Assembly: GCA_963827655.1 (NCBI GenBank)
Contig: CAWHCF010000051.1
Span: 13,322-77,321 of the forward strand
DNA length: 64,000 nucleotides
Direction of reading: 5' to 3'
Source: an uncultured Acidobacteriota bacterium
GTDB lineage: Bacteria > Acidobacteriota > UBA6911
The notes below the pieces were generated by a model, which did no database searches, was not told where the DNA came from, and saw nothing but the letters and a program-made list of their open reading frames with translations. The position numbers were made by a program, and so were the translations under genes. Positions 40,604 through 50,752 of the stretch are shown in pieces (the stretch's first letter is position 1; every line of letters begins with the position of its first letter).

Positions 40604-41968
40604 CTAGAAGAGTCCGGCTCGGGCTTTTCCGCTGAGGGAGGAGCTTCCCTCGCAGCGGGAAGATTCCGGCTCAGGAATGTCGAATTTTGCCCCGTCGATG
40701 AAAACATGCTTCACGCGCGTACGCGAATCGAAGAGGTCGCCGGTGGCAACTACCAGATTCGCGGTCTTTCCCTTTTCGAGACTGCCGAACCGGTCGGCAA
40801 CGCCGAAAATCTCGGCCGGCGTCAAGGTAAGAGCGCGCAGGGCGATATCCTTGTCCAGACCGGCTTCGATGCTTCTGCTGATATTGCGCATGAAGTCGCG
40901 CGGATTTGTCATGTCCCCCGACTGGAAAGCGAATTGAACTCCGGCCCGGGCCAGGGCTGCTGCGGTGCCTGGCGCTGCCACTCTGCGACGCAGCACCTGC
41001 AGCTCCTCTTCGGCCGCCGGGTCTGCTTCGCGGTCTCTTTCCGGAAACTTGACTGACAAAAGCACCGGTACCTTGTTTTCCTTGAGCAGGGCGGCGGCCG
41101 TGGCAGCCTCCAGACCTCCATTGAGAATCATCTGGAGCTTGAAGGAATCTGCCAGGTTGATGGAACGCTCGATTTGCGCCGGCGTGTCACCCGGGAGCAC
41201 GACCGGCATCTGCCTTTTGAGCGCCGGCTGAAGAGCCTCGAGCGCCCGGTCATATTCAGGCCGCTCCGCGCCGCGATTCGCGTTGTAGATTCCCCACGCC
41301 CTTTCGTAGTGCTGGGCATCCAGGAGCTTCTGTTTTACAAACGCAAGAACTCCCATCAAGGAACTCGGGTAACTTCCTCCGAAGCCCCCGCTGGTCTGCA
41401 ATCCGATGTGCATCGCGACCGGTGACTTGACCACCATCTGGCCCGCTCTGATTCCCGATAGATTGATCAGCGCGCTTTGCCCCGGGAACAGACCTCGCCG
41501 CGGCGCCACGAGCGCGATGGTGATTCCTGAGGCGCGCGAGGCCTCGATCTTCCTGTTTGCCAGATTGATGATGTCGGCCGCGCTCACGTGCGGGGTCAGT
41601 GGCTGGCGCTCTTCCGGCGTGGCGGCGGGCGATTGCTGCGCCGGGACACCGGGACGGGCTCCAGGCGTTGTTCCCGCCGGCGGGCGCGGTTCTTCGAGTG
41701 TTGCATCGGACAAGCTGTCGATCAGCCCGGGATAAATCGTCAGACCCGTGGCATCGATAATACGGGCATCACCGGGCAAGGACACGCTCTCTCCGAGCGC
41801 TTCGATGATTCCGCCGCGGATCAGGATGGTCCCCTTCTCGATCGGCGCTGTCGAAACCGGGATCAGCCGCGCGTTGGTAAGGGCATAGACGGGCGGCTCG
41901 CCGGTCCGGACGCCGGGCGCCGCTGCCAGAACGAGCCCGATCAGGGCAATGATTCGAAACGACGTCAT
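40604..41968 (-). CDS. Amidohydrolase-family protein, secreted, lacking HxH (possible frameshift near 40660 extending it to 40516)
   Basis: IYPGLIDSLSD, YPSSLMG, ALTLTPAEIFG, GSLEKGKTANLVV. Confidence 0.85.
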   Translation of the reverse strand: MTSFRIIALIGLVLAAAPGVRTGEPPVYALTNARLIPVSTAPIEKGTILIRGGIIEALGESVSLPGDARIIDATGLTIYPGLIDSLSDATLEEPRPPAGTTPGARPGVPAQQSPAATPEERQPLTPHVSAADIINLANRKIEASRASGITIALVAPRRGLFPGQSALINLSGIRAGQMVVKSPVAMHIGLQTSGGFGGSYPSSLMGVLAFVKQKLLDAQHYERAWGIYNANRGAERPEYDRALEALQPALKRQMPVVLPGDTPAQIERSINLADSFKLQMILNGGLEAATAAALLKENKVPVLLSVKFPERDREADPAAEEELQVLRRRVAAPGTAAALARAGVQFAFQSGDMTNPRDFMRNISRSIEAGLDKDIALRALTLTPAEIFGVADRFGSLEKGKTANLVVATGDLFDSRTRVKHVFIDGAKFDIPEPESSRCEGSSSLSGKARAGLF

Positions 41969-41981
41969 CCAGATCCTCCTG

Positions 41982-42050
41982 TTGCGTCTTCGTGGTTAGA
42001 GTGTCGAACAAATACCACGAAGACACAAAGACACGAAGAAACGCCAAGAA
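41982..42050. repeat. Nonamer-family inverted repeat
   Basis: TTGCGTCTTCGTGGTT ... TACCACGAAGACACAAAGACACGAAGAAACGCCAAGAA. Confidence 0.8.
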
Positions 42051-42052
42051 TA

Positions 42053-42727
42053 TTACCGTACGTCGGCGCGGCGCAGGAGCACGTAGATCGCGCCCACGCC
42101 CCCATCCTTGGCTGGAGCTGAAGCATAGGCGACGACGTGGCGTGCCAGTCGACGGGTTGAAAGCCAGCGCTGGAGACTGTCCTTCAGTACTGCCTTATCG
42201 TTCGAATTGATGCCACGGCCATGTATGATTTTGACGCAGCACTCCTGGAAGCGCGCCATGTTCAGAATGAAACCTTCGACCAGCTGCCGGGCTTCGGTCC
42301 GGCTCAGGCCGTGGAGATCGATCTGTCCCTGGATTGAATAAAGCCCGCTTCGCAAATGAGGAAGAAATCGCTTGCCGGCCGGATCGACCCAACCCTCGAT
42401 GTATTCGGGATGATCGAGCATGGAGGCGAGAGAATCATCTGCGATGGCGGCCTGCATCAAGCGCAGATCCTCGAGTTCCTGGCTGCCGTTCGATTCAGGC
42501 GAAGGGAAAGGCGACGGAATCGGGGCGTGGCGCCAGCTTGAGCGTACCACCCCTTGCATGGCGTGGGAGAAGAGAGTTTCTTCCGAGTCGTCGGACTGAC
42601 GTTCCACCGGCGGCGGCTCGCGGTTTTCGGAACTGTTGAGCCTCAACCCGGCGCGCTCCAGCACGACATCCAGATGCTGAAAGGGATTATGACCGGCCTG
42701 GGACCTCTCTTTGCTCCGCTTGGACAT
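42053..42727 (-). CDS. Smr/MutS-domain protein (SmrA-like endonuclease)
   Basis: IDLHGLSRTEA, IIHGRG, DGGVGAIYVLL. Confidence 0.9.
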   Translation of the reverse strand: MSKRSKERSQAGHNPFQHLDVVLERAGLRLNSSENREPPPVERQSDDSEETLFSHAMQGVVRSSWRHAPIPSPFPSPESNGSQELEDLRLMQAAIADDSLASMLDHPEYIEGWVDPAGKRFLPHLRSGLYSIQGQIDLHGLSRTEARQLVEGFILNMARFQECCVKIIHGRGINSNDKAVLKDSLQRWLSTRRLARHVVAYASAPAKDGGVGAIYVLLRRADVR

Positions 42728-42776
42728 TCCGTGACCAGGAAGACACGAAGACCTCAATAAACACGGCCTCGCGCGG

Positions 42777-43902
42777 CTACTGAATGATGTAGTCCCGGGC
42801 AACCACGTCCCAATAGGTCTCGTTCTTGCCGGCTGTCTCGTTGGCGAGAAAGGTCTGAATCGAGTGCATGACGGTCGTCATGTAGTAACCGGGCATTTGG
42901 GCCGGATGCGGCTGCCACATGTTTGCATAGGCCCGGATGATGAACGCCTCTCTGGCAAGCGGCAGCGACCGGACATTACCGACATAAGGGGGCCAGCGCT
43001 CGCTGCGAAACAGATAGAACTCGACGTTAGAGGCGTACATGCACTTGACCTCGAGCCCGCGCAGCCGCAGCTCTCTCGCGACAGCCTGAAAAGCGTGAGC
43101 CCCTCCGAAGTCTCCGACCAGAGGAAGAATCCTGTTCTCGTGATGGAGTTTCTTGATTACGCGGAATCTCTCTTCCTGAGCGAGATAGTTCGTCTGCTGA
43201 CCCGATGGGTCCTTTTCTTCGAGCAGGGCGCGATATGAAGGATGATGAGGTCGAGGCGATCGGTGATAGCTGGTAAATTTGAGGTCCGGTCCACCCTCCA
43301 TGAATGCCTGAGCAATATAATCAATCGCCCGGAGATCCTCGTTGGTCAGGCCGATAATCCACGATTGGAGAAGCCGGATCGCCTCCTGTTTTTTCCGGGT
43401 TGCGAAAGTCTCATCATAGGTGGCCCGATCGACCCTGCGCAGAAGGTCGCCTATCCTGGCGCTCTGGGGGTCACTGACATCATGCGCAATCGCTCGTCCG
43501 AAGAGCCGTTCCAGATAAGCGACGCGGTTGGGGCTGAGCTCGAACAAAGCCTTATAGTACAAATGCTGCAGCGCATTCTGGCGCCGGATATCGATTATGA
43601 TTGCCAGCCGGGGGTGGACATCCGCGATGTAAGAGTAATTCTGGTCCGGGCCGACGCCAATGTAGACGCCTCCGCGCACACCGAGACGCCTTAACGCGGG
43701 TAAAACCCGCAGGTAGGCCGCCTCGTTCGAGACGAAGTTGTCGCTATCGAAGTAACCCTCGGGCTCGGAAAGGGAAGTCAGAAGTTGACCGAACTCCTTC
43801 AGCCCGATGGCGGAGTCAAGCGTTCGGACGGGCCGTCGGTGGGGAAAAAGGGCTGCAGGCGACCAGAATCAAGAGGATCTGGGATATACCGCGCAACGGC
43901 AT
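42777..43902 (-). CDS. Conserved hypothetical exported protein (frameshift near 43830)
   Basis: LSEPEGYFDSDNFVSNE upstream and in frame with GGVYIGVGPDQNYSYIA...DIRRQN, SNVEFYL; signal-like N-terminus in another frame. Confidence 0.72.
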
Positions 43903-43983
43903 GGGTTTATCGTAGTGGAAATTCCGCGCATAATCAATGACACCCCCGTCTATTCGGCAGAGTGCCCGGAACTTGCGCTAGCC

Positions 43984-44012
43984 TTGACTTTTAACCAAGG
44001 CTTGTGTAACTT
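43984..44012 (+). promoter_or_regulatory. Putative sigma70 promoter of erpA/iscA
   Basis: TTGACT-17 nt-TAACTT. Confidence 0.4.
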
Positions 44013-44074
44013 ATCTTTTTTATTCCTGCGGATTGAACACCCCTGGAAAAGACGTAGCTTGGAAAGGAGATTCA

Positions 44075-44395
44075 ATGCTTACCATGACCCCTACCGCCGT
44101 CGACAAGGTTAAATCTATCCTCGCCGAGCGAGGTGAGGAAGCCGGCCTCCGCATTTCAGTAATCGGGGGTGGATGCTCGGGTTTTCAGTATCAGATGACG
44201 CTCGACAAGCAACCCAATCCCGATGACCAGATCATCGAACAAGACGGCCTCAGAGTCTTCGTCGACACCCGTTCGTTGCTGTACCTCAATGGAACTCGAG
44301 TCGATTATGTTGATGGATTGACCGGCTCCGGCTTTAAATTCGAGAATCCGAACTCGAAGGGTTCCTGCGGTTGCGGAGAGTCCTTCTACGCCTGA
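44075..44395 (+). CDS. erpA: A-type Fe-S carrier protein (HesB/IscA/ErpA)
   Basis: GGGCSGFQY, FENPN..GSCGCGESF; RBS AAGGAG. Confidence 0.9.
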   Translation: MLTMTPTAVDKVKSILAERGEEAGLRISVIGGGCSGFQYQMTLDKQPNPDDQIIEQDGLRVFVDTRSLLYLNGTRVDYVDGLTGSGFKFENPNSKGSCGCGESFYA

Positions 44396-44424
44396 TCCGA
44401 TTTGTCTCACACGGTCTCATCATG

Positions 44425-44460
44425 AACGCGGGCCAAATTACCGGCCCGCGTTTTTCTTTT
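44425..44460 (+). terminator. Rho-independent terminator
   Basis: AACGCGGGCC-loop-GGCCCGCGTT followed by TTTCTTTT. Confidence 0.85.
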
Positions 44461-44547
44461 ATCGCGGCACACCGGAGGTTCCGGGCTTCCTTGCGATAAA
44501 GATTGATCCCACATAGCGAGCTCGACTCCTTTGGCAGGAGAGCTCAA

Positions 44548-44925
44548 GTGTTTCCTAGATATCGGGAAAACCGGATTACCCTCCGCGGTGTGAAGCTACG
44601 GCCACGGCTCGGTGTAACTCCGGGCGAAAGACGCCAGCCGCAGTGGTGTGAAGCGGACATCACGATCTGGGGAGACTTCGAGGCTGCCGCGTCAACCGAC
44701 TCGCTCGACCGGGCGGTCGACTACAGCAAGGTCTTGTCCACGATTCTGGAGACGGCTCATTCCCGGGAATACTACTTGCTCGAGGCTCTCGCACATTGCA
44801 TTGCCAGAGAAGTGTTGCAGGCGTTTCCGGCGCGCCGGGTTGGAGTTCGAGTTCGCAAGCGGCCTGCTTCACTAAAGGAGAAACTTGACCACGTCGAGGT
44901 CGAGGTCGAGGTCGAACAGTCGTGA
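44548..44925 (+). CDS. folB: Dihydroneopterin aldolase
   Basis: GVTPGER..PQ, DSLDRAVDYS, LLEALA..IA, VRVRK; GTG start after AGGAG. Confidence 0.85.
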   Translation: MFPRYRENRITLRGVKLRPRLGVTPGERRQPQWCEADITIWGDFEAAASTDSLDRAVDYSKVLSTILETAHSREYYLLEALAHCIAREVLQAFPARRVGVRVRKRPASLKEKLDHVEVEVEVEQS

Positions 44926-45046
44926 CGCGGCGGTGACCTCTTGGTGCTTTCGCTTCGAGGTGGTAACTTTGTCCTGACGCAGGTGAACGAGCGTCGCCAA
45001 CCGAAGAAAGCGGCGGGACACCCGCTGGGCGGGTTTCGGGCCTTAC

Positions 45047-45364
45047 ATGAACGACGACTTTCCCCAGGCGGAATTGAAGCTGGTCCCTCTATCGATCGAA
45101 AGCACGGAGTGCCGTGTCCCGGAGAATCTCACCCTGCTCCAATGCTTCCAGTATCTGAAGACTTATCCGATCATGATGGGTGGGTTTTGCTGGAATGCAG
45201 ACTGCCGTACTTGCGAAGTCGTCGTCCGAAACGGTTCCGAACCCGAACGGACCGTGCTTTCATGCCAGACCAGGGTCGCTCCCGGAATGACCGTCCTGAA
45301 AATGACCGACAAGCTTCGATTCTGTCTGAGGGAGCTTTTGTCGGTTCGCTCCTCAAGCGCGTAA
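45047..45364 (+). CDS. Small 2Fe-2S cluster-binding protein (NuoG/sarcosine oxidase N-terminal-like)
   Basis: FCWNADCRTC...LSCQTRVAPGM. Confidence 0.75.
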   Translation: MNDDFPQAELKLVPLSIESTECRVPENLTLLQCFQYLKTYPIMMGGFCWNADCRTCEVVVRNGSEPERTVLSCQTRVAPGMTVLKMTDKLRFCLRELLSVRSSSA

Positions 45365-45378
45365 CCCAAAGTGCTCCT

Positions 45379-45440
45379 GGTGTTTCTTCGTGTCTTGGCG
45401 TCCTGGTGGTATTGTTTCGCAGCGCTAACCACGAAGACAC
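45379..45440. repeat. Nonamer-family inverted repeat
   Basis: GTGTTTCTTCGTGTCTTGGCGTCCTGGTGGT ... AACCACGAAGACAC. Confidence 0.8.
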
Positions 45441-45547
45441 ACCACCAATATGTTAAATGGAATCCGGAGCGGAGATCTTCTATACTGAGCCCTTATCGTC
45501 AGCCCCGACAGTGACGGTGGCGACAAGAAAGGGACGAGGCAGCGCAG

Positions 45548-46021
45548 ATGTCCAATACACAGGGTGAAGGGCCGGGATTCTTCACATCGAAACTGGAACG
45601 GGCGGTCGGTTGGGCCCGCAAGTATTCGATCTTTCAGTACCCATTCGTCACGGCATGCTGCGGTATGGAGTACATGGCGGCAGCATCCGGGCATTATGAC
45701 ATTGACCGTTTTGGCGCGGGGTTGCCCCGATTTTCGCCGAGGCAGGCGGATGTGCTCTTTGTGGTCGGAACCATCAGTCACAAGATCGCTCCCGTCCTCA
45801 AGCGCATCTACGATCAGATGTGCGAACCCAAGTGGGTAGTGGCATTTGGCGTGTGTACCTGTACGGGCGGATTTTACGACAATTACGCCACGGTGCAGGG
45901 AATCGACACCATCATCCCGGTCGACATTTACATACCCGGTTGCCCGCCTCGACCGGAGGCGGTTCTGGATGGGCTGATGAAGCTCCAGACCAAGATCGAG
46001 AATCAACAACAGGCACTATAG
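45548..46021 (+). CDS. nuoB: NADH-quinone oxidoreductase subunit B
   Basis: TACCGMEYM, FSPRQADVL, QMCEPKWV, PVDIYIPGCPPRPE. Confidence 0.95.
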   Translation: MSNTQGEGPGFFTSKLERAVGWARKYSIFQYPFVTACCGMEYMAAASGHYDIDRFGAGLPRFSPRQADVLFVVGTISHKIAPVLKRIYDQMCEPKWVVAFGVCTCTGGFYDNYATVQGIDTIIPVDIYIPGCPPRPEAVLDGLMKLQTKIENQQQAL

Positions 46022-46029
46022 CGAAGATC

Positions 46030-47370
46030 ATGGATATGGCCGTTTCCAGCCGGGAAAGCAAGAGCATGCTGCTCAACGTGGGACCTTCTCATCCCGCGAT
46101 GCATGGCGTCATCCGGCTGGTCACCGAACTGGAAGGGGAGACGGTCGTCAAGGTTGAGGCTGAAATCGGCTATCTTCATCGCGCCTTCGAGAAGAGCTGT
46201 GAAAACTCTACCTGGACTCAGGCTATTCCGTACACCGACCGGCTCAATTATGTCTCGCCGTTGATCAACAACTTCGGGTATTGCGGCGCGGTCGAAAAGC
46301 TCCTGGGAGTTCAGGTGACTGAGCGCTGCCAGTACATTCGCGTCCTCATGAGTGAGGTGTCCCGGATAACCGATCACCTGACCTGCATTGCCGCCTCGGC
46401 AATGGAACTGGGTGCCATGACGGCTTTCCTTTACTTCATGAAAGCGCGGGAGGCGCTCTACGAAATTGTTGAAGAGGTGACCGGGGCCCGCTTGACGATT
46501 TCGTACGGCCGCGTGGGCGGAGTGAAAGCCGATCTGCCCGAGGGTTTCGACCGGAAGCTCGAAGGAGCCCTCCGGGCAGTGGAAAAGGAGATGGTCGAGG
46601 TGGACAAGCTCCTGACGCGCAATCGAATATTTTACGACCGCATGCGCGACGTGGGGGTTCTGACTCAAGAGGATGCCTTGAGCTATGGAATCACGGGACC
46701 GATGTTGCGCGCCTCCGGCATCAACTACGACGTGCGCAAGACTTTCCCGTACTTCGTCTACGATCGGATGGATTTTGAGGTCCCGCTGGGGGAACGCGGC
46801 GACAACTACGATCGATACCTGGTCCGCATGGAAGAGATGCGGCAGAGCCTGCGTATCATCCGAAAAGCTATGAAGGACATGCCGGGCGGGCCGATTAACG
46901 TCGATGCGCAGGGGAAAGTGATCGAGTCGTTCGACCTGGTGGACCAGGCCAAGATGGGAAAGACTGCCGGACTGGTGAATATCACTACCTCCGTGGAACC
47001 AACCCTGGACGGGACGCAACGGGTTTTTCATGAGCGGATCTTGCCTGATGAGAAACGAGTGGTTCTTCCGCCCAAGGAAGATACCTATGGGAACATCGAG
47101 GGCCTGATGAACCATTTCAAGATCATCATGGATTACCATGGCATCCGGCCGCCGGCGGGGGACACCTACTTCGCCGTGGAGGGGGCCAACGGGGAACTGG
47201 GGTTCTATGTGGTGAGCGATGGAAGCGACCGTCCCTATCGTGTCCGCGCGCGCGCGCCTTGCTTCTTTGCCATGGCCGGTCTGCACAAGATGCTGGAAGG
47301 ATACATGATCGCAGACATCGTCCCGACATTTGGTTCGATCAACATGATCGCTGGAGAACTGGACCGATAG
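46030..47370 (+). CDS. nuoD: NADH-quinone oxidoreductase subunit D, with internal insertion
   Basis: LNVGPSHPAMHGVIR, IGYLHRAFEK, DRLNYVS, GPMLRASG, EGANGELG, ending GELDR; no hydrogenase CxxC motifs. Confidence 0.95.
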   Translation: MDMAVSSRESKSMLLNVGPSHPAMHGVIRLVTELEGETVVKVEAEIGYLHRAFEKSCENSTWTQAIPYTDRLNYVSPLINNFGYCGAVEKLLGVQVTERCQYIRVLMSEVSRITDHLTCIAASAMELGAMTAFLYFMKAREALYEIVEEVTGARLTISYGRVGGVKADLPEGFDRKLEGALRAVEKEMVEVDKLLTRNRIFYDRMRDVGVLTQEDALSYGITGPMLRASGINYDVRKTFPYFVYDRMDFEVPLGERGDNYDRYLVRMEEMRQSLRIIRKAMKDMPGGPINVDAQGKVIESFDLVDQAKMGKTAGLVNITTSVEPTLDGTQRVFHERILPDEKRVVLPPKEDTYGNIEGLMNHFKIIMDYHGIRPPAGDTYFAVEGANGELGFYVVSDGSDRPYRVRARAPCFFAMAGLHKMLEGYMIADIVPTFGSINMIAGELDR

Positions 47371-47389
47371 AAACCGGACCGGGTGACGA

Positions 47390-48418
47390 ATGACATCTCT
47401 CGCTGCGCAACTGCACAATCGACTGGGTCTTCTCGCCAGCTATATGCTGCGGCGGTCGCGGGTTCCTGGGGGCCCCCTGACCCTGGCGATTGAGAGCACT
47501 GCAAAATGCAACCTCTTCTGCCCCATGTGCCCGCGCGAGAACATTCATTTCCCGCCGCGCGACATGGAGCTTTCGCTATTCAAGAAAATCATAGATGAAG
47601 GCAAGGATTTTCTGGAGTTCGCGGTCCCGTACGGTGTCGGAGAGCCGCTGCTGAATCCCGAGATCTTCGACATGATCGCATACTGCAGGCAGCTGGGCGT
47701 GCCCAGCGGCATCTCCACCAACGCAACCACGTTGACGGAGGATTCAAGCCGAAAACTCATTCAAGCCGGTCTCGACTACGTCATCTTTGCTTTTGACGGC
47801 GCCACCAAGGCCACGTACGAGAAATATCGCAAAGGGGCGGAATTCGAGAAAGTGCGCAGCAATATTCTGACTTTCTTGAGAGTCAAGAAGGAAATGAAGT
47901 CGAAGATCTTCTGCATCATTCAGATGGTGCGGTTGAAAGAAAACCGCCACGAGATCCCGGAATTGATCCGGATGTGGCGCATCGACGGCATCGATGAGGT
48001 CAGGATCAAGAAGGACGAGGTTCACAATACAGGAAGCGCGATTCCGGGCGATCACGCCCAACGCCCGCCCATGCGGCATCCCTGCTATCTGTTGTGGCGC
48101 GGGCCGATGTACATTCACTACGACGGCACGGTCTTTCCCTGCTGCTATATCTACCCCGAAGAACCCATCGGAAACGTGAAGAAGAACACACTGACGGAAA
48201 TCTGGAATTCGGAAAAGATGGTCCAGTTGAGAGAGGCGCACATTCGCGGGGATTTGAGTGAGTACAAGGCGTGCCAGAACTGCCCTGCGGCGCGACCCAA
48301 ACTCCCGGTCACGCTGGGAAGCTTTCTGGTAAACACTCACACAGTCAGAAAGGTGATACCCTTCTTTGAACGAATGGCGCAGATTCGGAATATCTCGGTT
48401 TTTGAAACGTTGAAGTGA
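47390..48418 (+). CDS. Radical SAM / SPASM-domain protein
   Basis: CNLFCPMC, GEPLL, C-terminal CYLLW...DGTVFPCC...IGNV...CQNC. Confidence 0.93.
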   Translation: MTSLAAQLHNRLGLLASYMLRRSRVPGGPLTLAIESTAKCNLFCPMCPRENIHFPPRDMELSLFKKIIDEGKDFLEFAVPYGVGEPLLNPEIFDMIAYCRQLGVPSGISTNATTLTEDSSRKLIQAGLDYVIFAFDGATKATYEKYRKGAEFEKVRSNILTFLRVKKEMKSKIFCIIQMVRLKENRHEIPELIRMWRIDGIDEVRIKKDEVHNTGSAIPGDHAQRPPMRHPCYLLWRGPMYIHYDGTVFPCCYIYPEEPIGNVKKNTLTEIWNSEKMVQLREAHIRGDLSEYKACQNCPAARPKLPVTLGSFLVNTHTVRKVIPFFERMAQIRNISVFETLK

Positions 48419-48442
48419 CGCAAGCGACGGGGATCTGGGAAA

Positions 48443-48843
48443 ATGAGTGAGGGCAGCCCGAGGGTTTTCAGCCTGGCCGAAGCAAATGATCTGGTGACTC
48501 TCGTGGCGGGACTCACCGAAGGAGTCGTCCAGCAGCTTGAAAGCATACGCCAGCGGTACAAGATCGGGGCAGGGAATCTCTCGCCTGATGTGCCCGAGTC
48601 GGTGCTCCAGGAGGTGGAGGAAGCGCTGCGGGACTGGTCTGACAAGATAAGCGGCCTGGGAGCTTCACCCAAGGGTTATTTCACAGTCGATTTTCAATCC
48701 ATCGATCCGGAGCTGCTCTATTGCTGGACTTATGGCGAAGAGAAGATCGCTTACACCCACAAGGTCTGGGAGAACTTTAATCACCGCCGCCCCTGGCGAA
48801 GAGCGCAGAATCTTCGACGGATCACCTGAAATGGATTAATTGA
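48443..48843 (+). CDS. DUF2203 family protein (probable frameshift near 48790)
   Basis: FSLAEAN, VDF, LYCWTYGEEKIAYTH. Confidence 0.8.
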
Positions 48844-48863
48844 GCCCGGCGCCGGTTGCGACG

Positions 48864-49046
48864 AGACTGATGAGAGAAATGGTCAAGTGGCCGACAGTTA
48901 CGTCAGACCCGTCGTGAGTAGACGTGGAAATTGGCCTGTGGTACGGAGTCAGGCCTTAAGTTCGGAAGTTCGTAGGCCCCCATAGCGGGATTCGGACGGG
49001 CTTGATAGCCCGTCCGCACATGTATTGGCAGGTTTTGCGACAGTCA
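48864..49046. mobile_element. MITE/REPIN-like element (two inverted REP-like hairpins with short terminal IRs)
   Basis: CGGACGGGCTTGATAGCCCGTCCGCACATGTATTGG is identical to 57605..57640; degenerate left REP GTGGCCGACAGTTACGTCAGACCCGTCG. Confidence 0.75.
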
Positions 49047-49188
49047 TCGGGCACTTCAGAGCGCCCGGTTGAACTGAACAGGCTCGAACTGAAGTTCGAG
49101 AAGCATGACACCGGACCGTCTGAATCGCAGAGGCTTACGGCGGGCTTACACCGCAGGATCGCCGCGCGCTGCTCTGTGGAGAGTTTAT

Positions 49189-49938
49189 TTGATTACCCTG
49201 AAGTCAAAACGGGAAGTGGAAATAATGCGCGATGCCAGCCGGATCGTCGCAGAGATTCTGCTTGAATTGCGACAGTTGTGCCAGCCTGGAATCACCACAG
49301 CAGAACTGGACCGTATTGCAGAAGAGAAGACCCGTAAACACGGCGCACAGCCCGCATTCAAGGGCTATCGGGGCTTTCCGCGCAGCCTCTGCACCTCGAT
49401 CAACCACGAGGTGGTTCACGGTATTCCAGGGAACAAAGCACTGAAGGACGGCGATATCATCGGCCTGGACTTTGGGGTTGTGTACCGGGGTTACTACGGC
49501 GACTCCGCCTTTACCGTCCCGATCGGAGAGATAACGCCCGAATTGAAGACGCTGCTGAAAGTCGCCGAGGAGAGCCTGTACCTTGGCATTCAGGAAATGA
49601 AACCCGGCAATCATCTTTCTGATATTTCGCGCGCTATCCAGATTCATGCAGAGTCCCACGGCTACTCGCTGGTAAAGGAATTCGGCGGGCATGGAATCGG
49701 CCGGCGCCTGCACGAAGATCCCATGGTTCTGAACTATGTCGCCAACGGCCGGGGCATCAAGCTCAAGCCCGGGCTGGTTCTAGCCATCGAGCCGATGGTC
49801 AATATGGGGACCGACCGGGTCCAGATTCTGGCCGACGGATGGACCGTCGTGACTCTCGATGGAAAGCCGTCCGCCCACTTCGAGCACACCATCGCGCTGA
49901 CCGACACCGGCCCGGAGATCCTCACGCAGGTAGCCTGA
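49189..49938 (+). CDS. map: Methionine aminopeptidase type I
   Basis: CTSINHEVVHGIP, GDSA, GHGIG..LHEDP, AIEPM, SAHFEHT; TTG start (MITLKS). Confidence 0.97.
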   Translation: MITLKSKREVEIMRDASRIVAEILLELRQLCQPGITTAELDRIAEEKTRKHGAQPAFKGYRGFPRSLCTSINHEVVHGIPGNKALKDGDIIGLDFGVVYRGYYGDSAFTVPIGEITPELKTLLKVAEESLYLGIQEMKPGNHLSDISRAIQIHAESHGYSLVKEFGGHGIGRRLHEDPMVLNYVANGRGIKLKPGLVLAIEPMVNMGTDRVQILADGWTVVTLDGKPSAHFEHTIALTDTGPEILTQVA

Positions 49939-49966
49939 TACGCGAAGGCGCCAGCAACCTTCTTTG

Positions 49967-50752
49967 ATGCCCGCTTCGATCCTCTCCTTCCTGCGGTGCC
50001 CGCGCTGCGCGGGTGCGGCGCTGGAAGAACGCGCTCAAAAGGTTTCCTGCAAGTCGTGCGCGAGCGAATATCCGGTCCGGCAAGAAATACTGGACATGAT
50101 GCCGGACGAGTCGGCCGAGGTCATAACGCCCTTCCAGCGCCTCATGCAGGCTGCGCCGGTGGCCAGGATCTACGAGCGGTTCTGGCGGCCGCTCGGCTAT
50201 TACGTCGCCAGCTCTCGTCCGTTCTCGGAGGAAGTGCGCGCCGTGCTCCAGCTCCAGCAAGAGACCGACCGCAGCCGCATACTCGACGTCGGCTGCGGAA
50301 CCGGTGTTTTTTCGCGCCCGCTGGCGCGCGCGGCCGGGCTCGTTGTCGCCTTTGACCTGTCCTGGCCCATGCTCAACCGCGCGCAGTGGCTCGCCCGTCA
50401 GCAGGGGACTTCCAACCTGGCTTTCATTCGCGGCACGGTTTTCAAGCTCCCGTTCATCGCCGGAGCGTTCCCGTCGATCAACTGCTGCGGCGCGCTCCAC
50501 CTGTTCGATCAACCTGATGCGGCCCTGCGCGAGATGGGGCGGGTTCTGAGTCCGGGAGGCCATGTGTCGATCCAGACCACGATTCGGCCCGACCACTCGG
50601 GCGGCATGGCCTACTTCCTGGAACGGTTCATTCGTTTCGGTTTCTTCAAGGAAGACGAGTTGAAAGAGCGGATGCGCCGCCACGGTTTCGAGATTGTCAG
50701 ATCGGAGCGGCACCGGATCAGCTTTACCCTGCTGGCGCGGAAAATCGCATAG
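49967..50752 (+). CDS. Class I SAM-dependent methyltransferase with N-terminal Trm112-like zinc ribbon
   Basis: LRCPRC...CKSC...YPV, ILDVGCGTG, RVLSPGG. Confidence 0.88.
   Translation: MPASILSFLRCPRCAGAALEERAQKVSCKSCASEYPVRQEILDMMPDESAEVITPFQRLMQAAPVARIYERFWRPLGYYVASSRPFSEEVRAVLQLQQETDRSRILDVGCGTGVFSRPLARAAGLVVAFDLSWPMLNRAQWLARQQGTSNLAFIRGTVFKLPFIAGAFPSINCCGALHLFDQPDAALREMGRVLSPGGHVSIQTTIRPDHSGGMAYFLERFIRFGFFKEDELKERMRRHGFEIVRSERHRISFTLLARKIA

Noticed and set aside
45820-47370. NuoCD fusion or NiFe-hydrogenase large subunit
   Set aside because: The extra N-terminal 70 aa overlaps nuoB in another frame and has no NuoC motifs; there are no Ni-binding CxxC motifs at either end.
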